Source of the DNA: a virus
Taxonomy: Duplodnaviria > Caudoviricetes
DNA length: 64,000 nucleotides
IMG/VR virus record: IMGVR_UViG_3300037219_000017
Location: 702 to 64,701 of that record
Strand: one strand, 5' to 3'
Both the position numbers and the translations under genes were made by a program. The notes beneath the pieces were generated by a model. The model was not told the origin of the DNA, did no database searches, and saw nothing but the letters and a program-made list of their open reading frames with translations. Position 1 is the stretch's first letter. Each line of letters starts with the position of its first letter. Positions 46,394-56,125 of the stretch are shown one piece after another.

Positions 46394-47404
46394 CTACCGA
46401 TTCGCATGGATGTCGGGTCGGTCGGGTTTCACCCGGCCTTCCGCGGTCGCCAAAGCGACTTCGGCCTGGAAGCGCGCGTACTCTTCTGCAGAGACTTGCT
46501 TCTTCCGCACGCGGGTGTAGAAGTTTCGGATCTCAGTCTCACTGATAACCCTCTTCGACCCGCTACCTTGGGGAGTCGCCGGAGGCTGTCCGCCCTGTGT
46601 CTGGGGGACTACGAGTGTCGCTGGGTCCACGATCGGGGCGCCAGGGGCTCGTGCCTGCTCGGGGTGTTCCGTTGCATACGCCTCAAAGATGGCCACAACG
46701 CGTGCGCGGTCGAGGTTCTTGAAGGCGCTCGCCAGTGCTACGTGGCGAGTTACACCACTGAATATATCAACAATTCTCAGCCAGTCAAGAAAATGGTCAC
46801 TTTCGTTGATGACCCGCCATTGCGATACGGCGCGGTCGAGGGCGTCCCAAATGTCCTGTTTTCGGTTCTCGATGCTCGACGTCGCGTTCTGCGTAGCGGC
46901 CTGTCGCAGCTGCCGCAGCTCATTTTCGAGCTTGCCGATCGTCGGCTGATACATGTTCTGGGCAAGTCGAACCACTATTGGGAGCAGCTCGCCATAGTCC
47001 TTTATGTCGGTATCTGTAGCACCAAGAGACTTCAGGAAGTCCTCGGGAGACTGGGGGGCTGACGGCACCTGCGCGGGCGGCTGAGTCGTCGGCTGGCGTG
47101 AGAGCAGGTCCCGCACAAGCAGGCTGTTCTCCTCCATCTGGTTGCGCATGGCGCTCGTCTCGGCATTGTACTTGCCCTGCAGAGCGGCGTAGCGGGCTTC
47201 AGCGAGGCGCAGGCGTTCGGCCTCAGAGACGGCAGGGGGCGCCGCGGCAGCGCCGGGGGAGGGGCCTGCGGGGGCGCCAGGGGGCGCGGCGGGCGGCTCG
47301 TCGCCAGCGGGGGGAGTGTTCAAGTCCTTGATCATCTGATTCGCGGTATCCACCTGCTTCTGAACAGCAGACGGAAGTTTCGCGCCGCCAGGGGCTGGGC
47401 TCAT
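46394..47404 (-). CDS. scaffolding protein
   Basis: RYAALQGKYNAE coiled coil, F.DWL, A.AEGRV; directly upstream of MCP. Confidence 0.75.
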   Translation of the reverse strand: MSPAPGGAKLPSAVQKQVDTANQMIKDLNTPPAGDEPPAAPPGAPAGPSPGAAAAPPAVSEAERLRLAEARYAALQGKYNAETSAMRNQMEENSLLVRDLLSRQPTTQPPAQVPSAPQSPEDFLKSLGATDTDIKDYGELLPIVVRLAQNMYQPTIGKLENELRQLRQAATQNATSSIENRKQDIWDALDRAVSQWRVINESDHFLDWLRIVDIFSGVTRHVALASAFKNLDRARVVAIFEAYATEHPEQARAPGAPIVDPATLVVPQTQGGQPPATPQGSGSKRVISETEIRNFYTRVRKKQVSAEEYARFQAEVALATAEGRVKPDRPDIHANR

Positions 47405-47616
47405 GTCAGATCTCCATTGTGTCGGTTTATGTTAAGAAGGAGGTTGCGCAGCGCGCGGCACTCGCCGCGGAGCGCCTCGTCGGGCATAGGACTGTTGAGC
47501 AACGCCGTGACACGGTCATTGTAATGTGACTCGATTGTACGCACGTAATGCGTAAAGCTGGCGTTGTCTTTTAGGCGGGTGATGGCATCTGCCAACTCCG
47601 CTCGGTTGAATGGCAT
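47401..47616 (-). CDS. small head-module protein (Bbp19-like)
   Basis: LRGECRALRNLL pattern between portal and scaffold. Confidence 0.6.
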   Translation of the reverse strand: MPFNRAELADAITRLKDNASFTHYVRTIESHYNDRVTALLNSPMPDEALRGECRALRNLLLNINRHNGDLT

Positions 47617-47858
47617 CAGTATTTCAGTGGGTTTCCCAACGCTCCTGTAACAAGATCAGTATCGCCTTTTGAGGCGGCAGTCTTGCTGTAATCACGCATA
47701 TACAGCCGGCGGTGAGCCGCTGCAGGACCAATGTCAGACGGCTCGCCGTCCGACAGCAGCTGCTCTTTCAAGCATTTGCTGCCGTGTGACTGCTCGCGCT
47801 TCGACTCCGGCCCCTTTTTAGGGTAGGAGTCGCCTGACTTGGTGCCGGATTTCTGCAT
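47616..47858 (-). CDS. hypothetical protein
   Basis: TAATG/TGATG coupling. Confidence 0.55.
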   Translation of the reverse strand: MQKSGTKSGDSYPKKGPESKREQSHGSKCLKEQLLSDGEPSDIGPAAAHRRLYMRDYSKTAASKGDTDLVTGALGNPLKY

Positions 47859-48214
47859 TAGAAAATGCTCGGTGCTTTGTGGGACATCGTCTTGCCTTTC
47901 TTGTCGTAGGACGTCTTGAGTCCGTACGCGGGCGGAGACTGGCCGCCAGAGCCCGTGCCGTGGCCGCCCAGTTTGAAGTGGCCGGAGTTCGAGCCGATGA
48001 CCTTCGAGGACTGCGGGTGCGTGTTCGCACTGCCAATTGTGGCAATCGGCTTATTCTCAGTGTGGGTAGGCCCAGTGGACTGAGACTGCGCAGTGCTCGA
48101 CTTGATCTTGCCGGACGTCTTGCCCGGACCGTGAAACTTGGATGGGTCAGTGGCCTGAAGAGTCGGACCAGCTTTCTGTTCCTCGATGCCACCTGGATGT
48201 ATCTTGCCTTTCAT
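47858..48214 (-). CDS. basic low-complexity protein
   Basis: GAGGG RBS; Lys/Ser/Gly-rich. Confidence 0.55.
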   Translation of the reverse strand: MKGKIHPGGIEEQKAGPTLQATDPSKFHGPGKTSGKIKSSTAQSQSTGPTHTENKPIATIGSANTHPQSSKVIGSNSGHFKLGGHGTGSGGQSPPAYGLKTSYDKKGKTMSHKAPSIF

Positions 48215-48241
48215 GGGGTTCGTCCCTCTTGTTGTGTGGTG

Positions 48242-48270
48242 ATGATATTACACGAGTCTCGTCAGGTCAA
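48242..48270 (-). promoter_or_regulatory. sigma70-like promoter TTGACC-17-TATCAT with a palindrome in the spacer
   Basis: -35 at 48270-48265, -10 at 48247-48242; ACGAG-T-CTCGT at 48252-48262. Confidence 0.6.
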
Positions 48271-50564
48271 ACCTGCGGAAGAGGGGCCGCCTGGACAGTA
48301 TTAAGTGGTGCGAACCCCTGCGGCGCGGCTGGAATTCCTTGGACCCCCCCAGTTCCAGGCGGCGCAGCGCCCGACGGCGCCGGCGTCTGCGCCCCCGTAG
48401 AATTGAAGCCGGCACCGGTGCCTCCGGGAGGCGCGGGCGGGGGAAGCGCTGCGGACGCGGGCCAGCCCGGAGGGACGATGACGCCAGGAGGCAGACCCGG
48501 CAGAGCGGGCGGCTGACCAGCGGCGGCGATAGCGTCCTCGGGCTGTGTGACTTTGATTTCCATACCGATGTTGTCTGCGATCTGCTGCAAGATGCGAGCC
48601 ATCTCCCCCGGACCGAGGAGACCCTGATAGGACGGGTTGTTGACCAACTGCAAGAACTGAAGTTGCTTCGTCAGGTCCTGCTCCTGCTTCGCCGCCTGGC
48701 GCACACCCTCGACTACGATGCTCTCGTCACCACGCAGCATCCCGGTGGAGTCCGTCAACATGATGAAATCGTAGAGCATCTCCAGCAGGGGCTGGAATAT
48801 GTCGGTGTCAATGTTGTCTGCGACGTTTTGCAACGTCTTGTTCGCATTGTTGATCAGCATCGACAAGCCCGATGCTGTGCGCCCGGCGCCCCCCGCCTGT
48901 CCGTTACCGGTGAGGTACTTAGGGATTGTGCTCACGTCGTCGAGCATCGATGAAAACTTGTCCACGATCCCCATCAGCTCCTGCGCATTGCTCTGGGGTT
49001 GGAAGAACTCTACGGGTTTCGATTGTGGGTTGGACGGGTCGCTCAGGACCTTCCACCGCTTCCACGGATACAGCGAGTCGTCCTGCGACGGGGACAGCAA
49101 CTCCTCGTGGTAGACCACCTGGGGTCCCGAGGAGATCGCTATGTTGTTGATCAGGGCGCGCAGCGTGGCGTTGATGACGTCAGTGATGTCATTCGCGAGT
49201 GCGGGGATGCCGTTGCCGTACAGCGACCCCGGCTGTTTATCGAAACTCGTGATGTAGTACGGCACGCGCAGACGCGGGCTGGGGTTCATCATGACTTTGA
49301 AGATGCGCTTGTCGACCATCCAGGCGGTAACGAAGTACGGCTTCAGCGGATCATCCACTCCGGGCACCTCGTACTCCATCAAATAGCGACCGAGCACAAA
49401 ACCGTGGAACTCGATGGCATTTATGAACGCGTCATCCAGCACGTTGTTGCGCCCCTCCATCTGGGCGCGCTCATAGTCGAAGATCTGAATCCATTCTTTG
49501 AATCCGCGCCCCTCGTAGGCTTGAATGATCTCGCGAATGTCGTCCTCGCGGTAGCCGGGGAGCCCGATGAGGTTGTAGAGATCGTTCACCGACATACGCT
49601 GGCGCTCGAAGACCTCTGTATTCTTGATTGACGTCGCTCCCGGGCTGAACCATATGTCCCAAGGGCTCACACGCTCCCACTGGAACACCGCGGACTCGTG
49701 CGCGACGAGCTTTTTCTTCTTTTTTTCCCACTTCAGCTCGGTTTTCTTGCGCGTGATCGGCCCTTTGATCACCGCGTACTTGTAGATGGGCAAGTCGGAC
49801 AGGAATTCACTCAACGCATTGTAAAAATAGCCCTTTTCGAGGATATCATCGACCTTCAGCTGCGCTTTCTTCGCCTCTTCCCCCGCTTTTCGCCGCTCAT
49901 TGAGCTTGACAGCGTCGTACAACTCCTCCAACCGCTCGATGATCAGATCCTGACCGACCAATTTTCCCTCTTGGTTCTGTTTCATAATCTCTTCGTGGAC
50001 TAATCCGGCGATATTCATCTCCAAAGACTCCGGAATCACGGGGTCTTCGCACGGCGCGAGCGTCCATGGGCGGTCAGAGTTCATGTAGACGTTGCGCAAG
50101 AGGGCAGTTGCGCCGCGGCACTTCATTGTCATGAGGCGCGAGTACGTTGTGGCGCCCCCCATCGACTGAATTTGCTGCAAAATCCCCGGATCATAGACAC
50201 CGTTGTAGGCGCGCATGTCGCGGATCAGCTCGTCGTCGACGGAAATCACGCGGCGGTGGCGTACCGCCTTCTCAAAACGCTGCCGGATGTAGTTCGCAAG
50301 TTCAGTTGCGACCTCAACTGGGATGTCGGCGAGGCTCACGGAGCGCTTTTCGGCGGCGTCCAACTCGTCATTGCCCACCACGCGCAGTAGTCCGCGCCCC
50401 TGGTGCTTCATTGGCTCCATGGACTTGTCTATTTTCTTCGAACTGCCGGCGGCTGCGCCATCAAACAGGCCAGGAAGCGGGCTCATGGCGCGGGCCGAGT
50501 TGCCTAGATTGCCGCCGGTGCCGGCGAAACCGGCTGTGCCGGGGTTGGTATCGATCGCGCCCAT
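48267..50564 (-). CDS. portal protein
   Basis: 765 aa after TerL; WERVSPWDIW, PGSLYGNGI, INNIAISSGPQ, RTASGLSML. Confidence 0.88.
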   Translation of the reverse strand: MGAIDTNPGTAGFAGTGGNLGNSARAMSPLPGLFDGAAAGSSKKIDKSMEPMKHQGRGLLRVVGNDELDAAEKRSVSLADIPVEVATELANYIRQRFEKAVRHRRVISVDDELIRDMRAYNGVYDPGILQQIQSMGGATTYSRLMTMKCRGATALLRNVYMNSDRPWTLAPCEDPVIPESLEMNIAGLVHEEIMKQNQEGKLVGQDLIIERLEELYDAVKLNERRKAGEEAKKAQLKVDDILEKGYFYNALSEFLSDLPIYKYAVIKGPITRKKTELKWEKKKKKLVAHESAVFQWERVSPWDIWFSPGATSIKNTEVFERQRMSVNDLYNLIGLPGYREDDIREIIQAYEGRGFKEWIQIFDYERAQMEGRNNVLDDAFINAIEFHGFVLGRYLMEYEVPGVDDPLKPYFVTAWMVDKRIFKVMMNPSPRLRVPYYITSFDKQPGSLYGNGIPALANDITDVINATLRALINNIAISSGPQVVYHEELLSPSQDDSLYPWKRWKVLSDPSNPQSKPVEFFQPQSNAQELMGIVDKFSSMLDDVSTIPKYLTGNGQAGGAGRTASGLSMLINNANKTLQNVADNIDTDIFQPLLEMLYDFIMLTDSTGMLRGDESIVVEGVRQAAKQEQDLTKQLQFLQLVNNPSYQGLLGPGEMARILQQIADNIGMEIKVTQPEDAIAAAGQPPALPGLPPGVIVPPGWPASAALPPPAPPGGTGAGFNSTGAQTPAPSGAAPPGTGGVQGIPAAPQGFAPLNTVQAAPLPQV

Positions 50565-50591
50565 CTTGTTTTTCTCGTTCTAAGTGCCTGG

Positions 50592-50600
50592 AGTATAACA
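50592..50600 (-). promoter_or_regulatory. extended -10 promoter TGtTATACT upstream of portal
   Basis: In the TerL-portal gap; no good -35. Confidence 0.4.
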
Positions 50601-50606
50601 GCTTTC

Positions 50607-52028
50607 TTATGTCCATGCCCTCGGGTCAGGCGGCGGGGTAGGTTTGTCGTTCCGTCGAATACGGTTTAACCGACTGAGAACATTACCACTATGCCCAAGG
50701 ACACCATACTGCAATGCGTCTGCTATGTCACTCCAGGGATGACTTTTGCTTGGCAGCGGTTTCAGCTGACCGTCCTTGAGCCGATCATATCGGTAGCGTG
50801 CCTGCATGGCGCGTATGAGGTTCGTGCAGGACGGGGATATCAGGAGCGCAGCGCCGCCGTCCCGCTGCTGCAGCAGCCACTTCTCGACGGCGCGCAGGCG
50901 CGGGTCGATCAGATTCGTCATGGCGGGCTGCGAGGCAAAGCCGAGGCGCGTGATCGCGCGGAACACACTCTCCTCACCAATCTGTCCGCGGGCTATGCCG
51001 GAGGGGTCGCCTACGATCCCCACGGGGAGGCGGGCGTATTTGGCTTGAGAGAGAAGCGGGCGCAGCTGCAGCGCGATGAACTGCTCGACGCCCATGCTGC
51101 CAGAATTCTCTGTGATCACTTCGTCTATGACAACGAGTCGCCCGCGGGCGTCCATCTGGGTAATGACAGCCGCAGGGTTTCTTCCGAAGTCCATTCCAAC
51201 CACGACGAGAGTTCCGGGGACGGGTAGGAGGTTGCTCTTTGCGACGTGGAAGTCACTGCGGAAAGACGCGCGGAATACAGCCTCGCCGGCAAGGCTAGCA
51301 GTAATCTTGTTGTCAACATACTGCTCTACCCACTCCGCTGAATTGTTGAGGATCAGATCTTCGTAGTATCCAGGCACGAGATGCTCACGGTTCTCGGCCC
51401 CAGGGTCCCGCGCCCCTGGCTGTGTCCAGTAACCCCAGCTCGGGGGCCTTGGCTTGCCGTCTGGCATGACCCCCTCCTCCAATATAGGATACCAAGGAGA
51501 GTCTTCTGAGAACGAGTTGGTTTCGCCAATGACGCCGTGCCAGGTCGGTCCTCCATTATCCATCGAAGGAAAGCGCCCGCATCTACCATAAACGTCCATG
51601 AGAATTTGAGGGGGAAGTTCACGCAACTCAGAAAGCCAACCAGCCGTGATGTCGAGAGAAAGGAGGCGTTGTACGTTTTCAGGCGTATCCAACGGCAGCA
51701 TGATCCATTCGGATTCGACATCACCAGTCCGCAACCAGAATGTCTTGTGTTGTGCTTCATAGGTCACTACTCCGCGGAGTAACTCCGCTACGGTCTTCGC
51801 GGTCGTTGTTTGCAGCTGCGGCAACGTGTTGCGCACGAGCGCGAAGCGCGTACGCCGCTTGCCATCCTTCGGGTCCGGCCGTTGCTGCATGGCGCGGCGC
51901 ACCAACTCCATAACCATACCCGATGACTTCCCCGAGCCCACCGGGCCGCGGATCAAGCGCACGCGTTGATCCGACTCCATCAGCTTGCTGACGGTCGGCG
52001 ACGCGTGATACTCGAACTCATTCGACAT
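50607..52028 (-). CDS. terL: terminase large subunit
   Basis: Walker A GPVGSGKS, Walker B WLSELRE, nuclease GMDFG and DIADALQY; likely start MSNEFEY. Confidence 0.93.
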   Translation of the reverse strand: MSNEFEYHASPTVSKLMESDQRVRLIRGPVGSGKSSGMVMELVRRAMQQRPDPKDGKRRTRFALVRNTLPQLQTTTAKTVAELLRGVVTYEAQHKTFWLRTGDVESEWIMLPLDTPENVQRLLSLDITAGWLSELRELPPQILMDVYGRCGRFPSMDNGGPTWHGVIGETNSFSEDSPWYPILEEGVMPDGKPRPPSWGYWTQPGARDPGAENREHLVPGYYEDLILNNSAEWVEQYVDNKITASLAGEAVFRASFRSDFHVAKSNLLPVPGTLVVVGMDFGRNPAAVITQMDARGRLVVIDEVITENSGSMGVEQFIALQLRPLLSQAKYARLPVGIVGDPSGIARGQIGEESVFRAITRLGFASQPAMTNLIDPRLRAVEKWLLQQRDGGAALLISPSCTNLIRAMQARYRYDRLKDGQLKPLPSKSHPWSDIADALQYGVLGHSGNVLSRLNRIRRNDKPTPPPDPRAWT

Positions 52029-52312
52029 CAGCGCACTCGTGCCACGTTGACGGTCGACGGAATGTGCAGGATGCACTGATCGCAAGCAGGGTACGGCCCT
52101 CTGAGACCGCCGTGACCGCGGGCGCCCTTAAAAATCACGCACAGGTTGTGCCATGTCGTGCCGATGGAACGGCCACAGTAGGTGTAGTCGCCCTCGACGG
52201 GGTTCTTGCGCTTCGCGGGCGCGGGGACCATGTGGGCGACACGGCCTGTAGCGCAGCGCACCCAGAAAAATCGGGACATCCGGTTCATTTTCGCTCTCCA
52301 TTTGGGGTTCAT
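52028..52312 (-). CDS. small Cys/His-containing protein
   Basis: AGGAG RBS; C...H...CG...CDQC; TGATG coupling to terL. Confidence 0.55.
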   Translation of the reverse strand: MNPKWRAKMNRMSRFFWVRCATGRVAHMVPAPAKRKNPVEGDYTYCGRSIGTTWHNLCVIFKGARGHGGLRGPYPACDQCILHIPSTVNVARVR

Positions 52313-52324
52313 GTTTGATCTCCT

Positions 52325-52350
52325 AAAAAGTGGGGGCGGCGTCCCGCCCC
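52325..52350 (-). terminator. intrinsic terminator
   Basis: GGGGCGG-gacg-CCGCCCC followed by CACTTTTT on the - strand. Confidence 0.65.
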
Positions 52351-52366
52351 GTAAGCTCACATCAGC

Positions 52367-52867
52367 TTAAACCCCTTCTTGATGAGGAGTTCGGTTGCGC
52401 GAGTTAGCTGTTTTGATCTCATCTCGCGCTCGATGCGTTTCCGCAGCTGCGGGTTCAGGTGACTCCACGTGTGCTGACTCATTTGTTTGATCTGCCGGCG
52501 CAGATGAGTCTGCCTGTCCGGCGGCAGGAAGAGGGTTGTTGGCCATGCGGGCGTTGACATCCAACTGAGCCTGGGCCTGCGTGGCGAAGGTGTCGTCATC
52601 CATTGCGGTCTGCAGCACGGCAATCGCGGCGTCCATTTCGCGGGAGGCTGTTTCCATGCCTTCGAGCTGCACGACAGCGGAGACGAACTGATTGACCGAC
52701 TGCGGGTGCTCCCACTTCTTGAGTAGCTGCTTGATAGACGCCATCGACTCGTCGTCTATTTGCACAACAGCTTGGCGGCAAATTGCCAGGTTCTTTTCCA
52801 CCTGTTCGCGGTTGCGGGTGATGTTGCCCAATAGGCCGGGCAGGCTTTTCGTAATGTCCACATTCAC
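52367..52867 (-). CDS. hypothetical protein
   Basis: AGGAG RBS, GTGA coupling. Confidence 0.6.
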   Translation of the reverse strand: MNVDITKSLPGLLGNITRNREQVEKNLAICRQAVVQIDDESMASIKQLLKKWEHPQSVNQFVSAVVQLEGMETASREMDAAIAVLQTAMDDDTFATQAQAQLDVNARMANNPLPAAGQADSSAPADQTNESAHVESPEPAAAETHRARDEIKTANSRNRTPHQEGV

Positions 52868-53247
52868 TCCTTCGAAGAAAAGTAGCCGGCGGATTTCGAA
52901 CTAGCGGACAGCCCAGCTACAACTTCTGGCCGCTTCTCGCGCCTACGCGTGTCGCGCAGGTTGTCGAGTCTCTCTTGGGCGTCGCGCAGTTGATCCTGGC
53001 AGACGGACAATTGGTTCAGCAATTCTTTGAGGCGCCTGTCCTGATTCTGCGCCGTCTGCCGCAGCGACTGGATCAGCGTCCCAGTCTGCATGTAGGTCTC
53101 CATCGACGTGATGACGATTTGCTGCAGCGGCGACGCGGGGTTCGCCATCTGATAATACTTGTCGTTCTCGCAGTTGCCGTTAGGGAATTCGTTCGGCGTC
53201 GGCGGCGGCTGGGGCTGGGAGTATCCCGATCGCGGTTCGTTCATCAT
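52864..53247 (-). CDS. hypothetical coiled-coil protein
   Basis: GGAG RBS; overlaps the terS 3' end. Confidence 0.55.
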   Translation of the reverse strand: MMNEPRSGYSQPQPPPTPNEFPNGNCENDKYYQMANPASPLQQIVITSMETYMQTGTLIQSLRQTAQNQDRRLKELLNQLSVCQDQLRDAQERLDNLRDTRRREKRPEVVAGLSASSKSAGYFSSKE

Positions 53248-53776
53248 GATTCTCCGAGACAACAACCACCTTTTGTGGGTTGTCGCCTCCAAAATGGATG
53301 GAAATTCTGCGCGGCTCGCCAGAAGGCTCCAGGTCCTTCGGCACGTGCGCGACTGTCGAAATCTTAATCAGTTTTTCAATGGCCTCCAGCTTAGCGGCGG
53401 TCGACTTGTCCGACGACACGATCTTAAACAGCGGCATCAGCGAATCTTCCAGCAAGTAGGCCGCTTTCGCGCGTATCCTATCACGAAGGTTGGTATCGGA
53501 ATTCCAGAACGTCACCTGCTCGCGATACCGGTTGGCCCAGTCAGGGTTCCTGGTTCTCGCGACCAGATCCTCTTTCGTCAATCCGTAGTGCGACAGGATG
53601 GCAGCTGGAGTTCGCAGGCGAGCAACGAGGTCGAGGATGAGCTGGTTGTCGAAGTCGGTGAGCGCATCCCGGCTGCCGCTAGGAGCAGTATCCCCAGCAA
53701 ACAAAACAGGAGCACCAGCACTTCCAGCCAGTCCGGCCAGCGCGGCGGAGATGTCTTCATTGTGTTCCTCGCTCAT
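53180..53776 (-). CDS. terS: terminase small subunit (putative)
   Basis: HTH-like ILSHYGLT, two long helices, C-terminal ISIHFG strand; upstream of terL. Confidence 0.65.
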   Translation of the reverse strand: MSEEHNEDISAALAGLAGSAGAPVLFAGDTAPSGSRDALTDFDNQLILDLVARLRTPAAILSHYGLTKEDLVARTRNPDWANRYREQVTFWNSDTNLRDRIRAKAAYLLEDSLMPLFKIVSSDKSTAAKLEAIEKLIKISTVAHVPKDLEPSGEPRRISIHFGGDNPQKVVVVSENHDERTAIGILPAPAAADAERIP

Positions 53777-54066
53777 ACCATGTCAGCCTTAATCGCCAAG
53801 TCCAATAATTCCTTGCAAACACGCACCCACTCCTCAAACGGGGCGCCGTACGGGATTTTTCGCTCGTCATCCGTCACACCAGTCACCACATAGCAGTCCT
53901 CACCCAGTTTCACTCGACACAAATTCTTCACGATCGTGGCGACGTACGCCGGATCTTGCGGAGGCTGCACAGGGTCCTTCGCGGCGCGGATTATTGAAGT
54001 CCGGCCGCGCGGGAGCCCACCATCCAAATTAAAGGTTGGGTGTGCCCTTGAGCCAGAGAATTGCAT
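53773..54066 (-). CDS. hypothetical protein
   Basis: GGAG RBS, ATGA coupling. Confidence 0.5.
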   Translation of the reverse strand: MQFSGSRAHPTFNLDGGLPRGRTSIIRAAKDPVQPPQDPAYVATIVKNLCRVKLGEDCYVVTGVTDDERKIPYGAPFEEWVRVCKELLDLAIKADMV

Positions 54067-54325
54067 GGAGCGCTCCCATTGGAATTCGCATCGTAATTAT
54101 ATGCCCGGATACCCGGACAAATACACATGGCGCGATCGAGTAGTACGCCGGAAACGTGTGCGCGGGGTCATCACATTTGCACGGGCCGATGTGGGCGATC
54201 AATCCCATGCGGCCGGCTCGCTTCAGGGTGTCTTCCTTCTCACCGGCGGCGTCGCCGAAGTGAAAAAGACCTAGAATTCGCGGGCGGTCGCTCACGTAGG
54301 CTTTGGATGCAACTCCGTCGTTCAT
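54029..54325 (-). CDS. hypothetical protein
   Basis: ATGA coupling to the RHH gene. Confidence 0.45.
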   Translation of the reverse strand: MNDGVASKAYVSDRPRILGLFHFGDAAGEKEDTLKRAGRMGLIAHIGPCKCDDPAHTFPAYYSIAPCVFVRVSGHIITMRIPMGALHAILWLKGTPNL

Positions 54326-54522
54326 AACCGAATCTCCTCGATGGCTGTTCGCTCCGCAATGGCTTTCGTGCCCTCACGGACCAGGTAATCGCGGCACGCG
54401 ATGCGAATCAACTCCGACGGCGTCGTATTCTTGACGGCGGCGACGGCGTAGATCGCATTGATGACAGTTTCGTCCATGTACAGATGGAACGCCTTCCTGA
54501 CGCCGATTTTTGGGCGCGCCAT
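54322..54522 (-). CDS. ribbon-helix-helix (CopG/Arc-like) DNA-binding protein
   Basis: Beta strand FHLYMD, helix, TTPSELIRIACRDYL. Confidence 0.75.
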   Translation of the reverse strand: MARPKIGVRKAFHLYMDETVINAIYAVAAVKNTTPSELIRIACRDYLVREGTKAIAERTAIEEIRL

Positions 54523-54523
54523 A

Positions 54524-54895
54524 TCAGTTCTCCGTGCCTACAGCGTCGCCGATGAAGCTCTTGAGCACACTCTGCCACTCTGAGAACGGCGCCTCTGCGC
54601 TAGCTCCTGTTTCGATGCGCCACTTCTGCCCGGGGCGTATTTTCACGCCAAGCGGCCACTGCCCAGACTCTTTGCGACGCGTAATGCGCCAATAGTTAAT
54701 CACCCACTGCGCCTGGCAGCCGTTCATAATCAGCAGTGCCTGCACCGCGTCGGAAATCTTCGGGGCAGTCGTGCCGGCCGACGTCATCGCCGGGTTTTGC
54801 ACCTGTTTGTAGTTTGACGGGTCAGGGCTACTCGTTTCACCGTCATCTGACAAGTCATCGCCTGTCAGTTTGGCCAATTCGATCTTAGCGCTCAT
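54524..54895 (-). CDS. hypothetical protein
   Basis: GAGGAG RBS. Confidence 0.55.
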   Translation of the reverse strand: MSAKIELAKLTGDDLSDDGETSSPDPSNYKQVQNPAMTSAGTTAPKISDAVQALLIMNGCQAQWVINYWRITRRKESGQWPLGVKIRPGQKWRIETGASAEAPFSEWQSVLKSFIGDAVGTEN

Positions 54896-55208
54896 GAAAA
54901 TTCTCCTCGTCGATGACTGACGCCGCAGGAATAGCGACACTGTCAACTTTTTGTGTTCGGCCCCACCCGCGCGGGTGCTTGTCTCTGCAAATCAAGTCCG
55001 CCAGGTACGTCAGCACGTCCGGCCACGTATGTTCGTCGCCAACGCTCACGAAGTACAGCGCCTTGTCGCACCCCTCCGGATAAACGGTCCAGCCGGCGCC
55101 TTCCCACATAACCCTGAGCCCCAGCAACCCGAGCTTCGTCTCTGTGTCGCCGGGGAGGGCAATACAGCAGTTCCTGTTCGTGCCGGGGGAGTGCAGCATC
55201 ACATCCAC
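54885..55208 (-). CDS. hypothetical protein
   Basis: Coupled ORF. Confidence 0.5.
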   Translation of the reverse strand: MDVMLHSPGTNRNCCIALPGDTETKLGLLGLRVMWEGAGWTVYPEGCDKALYFVSVGDEHTWPDVLTYLADLICRDKHPRGWGRTQKVDSVAIPAASVIDEENFHER

Positions 55209-56125
55209 CCCGACTTCTTTATATCAAACACGTCGTCGATCATCGGCGGGGGAGCCATCTTCGCCATGTGTTCCTGCATGGCGAGCTGCGCGCGTTCCCG
55301 CATGGCGTGCTGCTGTCGCATGAACGCGTTCTGCTGGCCCTGCATACCCTGTGCGTTCTGTTCCCCCATGCCGGCGACGCCGAGCTGCGCAGCCTGCTGC
55401 GGATGCACAACTCCGTGACCGTACACCATGCCGGCGACGCCGAGCTGCGCAGCCTGCTGCGGATGCACAACTCCGTGACCGTACACCATGCCGGCGACGC
55501 CGAGCTGCGCAGCCTGCTGCGGATGCACAACTCCGTGACCGTACATCTGCGGCGGGGGCGGCGGCACGATCTTCGGAAGATCCTTCTTGTTCTCCACGAA
55601 CCAGGATTTCTCATCTTTGATCATGTCGGCCATCTCGGCCAGCTGCAGCCGCCACTCGGTTTCGTCGCCGCCACGACCGTTGGCTATCCATTGGTGCGTG
55701 AGGTCCAACACCGGATGGTGTATTGACCAGATCAGCTTCGCTTCGTGCACTCTGGCGCCCTGGCTGCGCACGGCACGAACAAATTTATCGTGCGGGCTGT
55801 AAAGCCACGAGGCTTCTTTATCGTGCGGGCTGTAAAGCCACGAGACTTCGCAGTCGAGGAGCTTCAATGCAGCGGTCACGTAATCGCGCAGCTCTGGGTC
55901 CAGTGCGCGCAGCGGGTCCGGCGCGGGCTGCAGCACATTCGCCGTATCGAGATGGTTCGACACGTGCTGGTACGGCTGCGCAGTCGCGGCGGCGAGCCCA
56001 CCGCAGTTCGCCTGCATCTGACCAATTGCCATCGCCTTCGCGGCGCGGACCTGGTCCGGGTGCATACCCGTGAGCTTATCGATCTCGCGGGCGATATCCA
56101 TCATGGTTTTTGAGGTCAGTCCCAT
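55199..56125 (-). CDS. hypothetical protein with internal tandem repeats
   Basis: 308 aa; leaderless promoter candidate; Gln/Met-rich C-terminus. Confidence 0.65.
   Translation of the reverse strand: MGLTSKTMMDIAREIDKLTGMHPDQVRAAKAMAIGQMQANCGGLAAATAQPYQHVSNHLDTANVLQPAPDPLRALDPELRDYVTAALKLLDCEVSWLYSPHDKEASWLYSPHDKFVRAVRSQGARVHEAKLIWSIHHPVLDLTHQWIANGRGGDETEWRLQLAEMADMIKDEKSWFVENKKDLPKIVPPPPPQMYGHGVVHPQQAAQLGVAGMVYGHGVVHPQQAAQLGVAGMVYGHGVVHPQQAAQLGVAGMGEQNAQGMQGQQNAFMRQQHAMRERAQLAMQEHMAKMAPPPMIDDVFDIKKSGWM
55366..55545. repeat. exact 60-nt tandem repeat x3
   Basis: Encodes YGHGVVHPQQAAQLGVAGM three times. Confidence 0.95.
55784..55849. repeat. 33-nt tandem repeat x2
   Basis: Encodes SWLYSPHDK twice. 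Confidence 0.9.

Noticed and set aside
55366-55545. CRISPR-like array
   Set aside because: Head-to-tail in-frame coding repeats with no spacers; the Cas4-like gene at 8300 is a standard phage exonuclease
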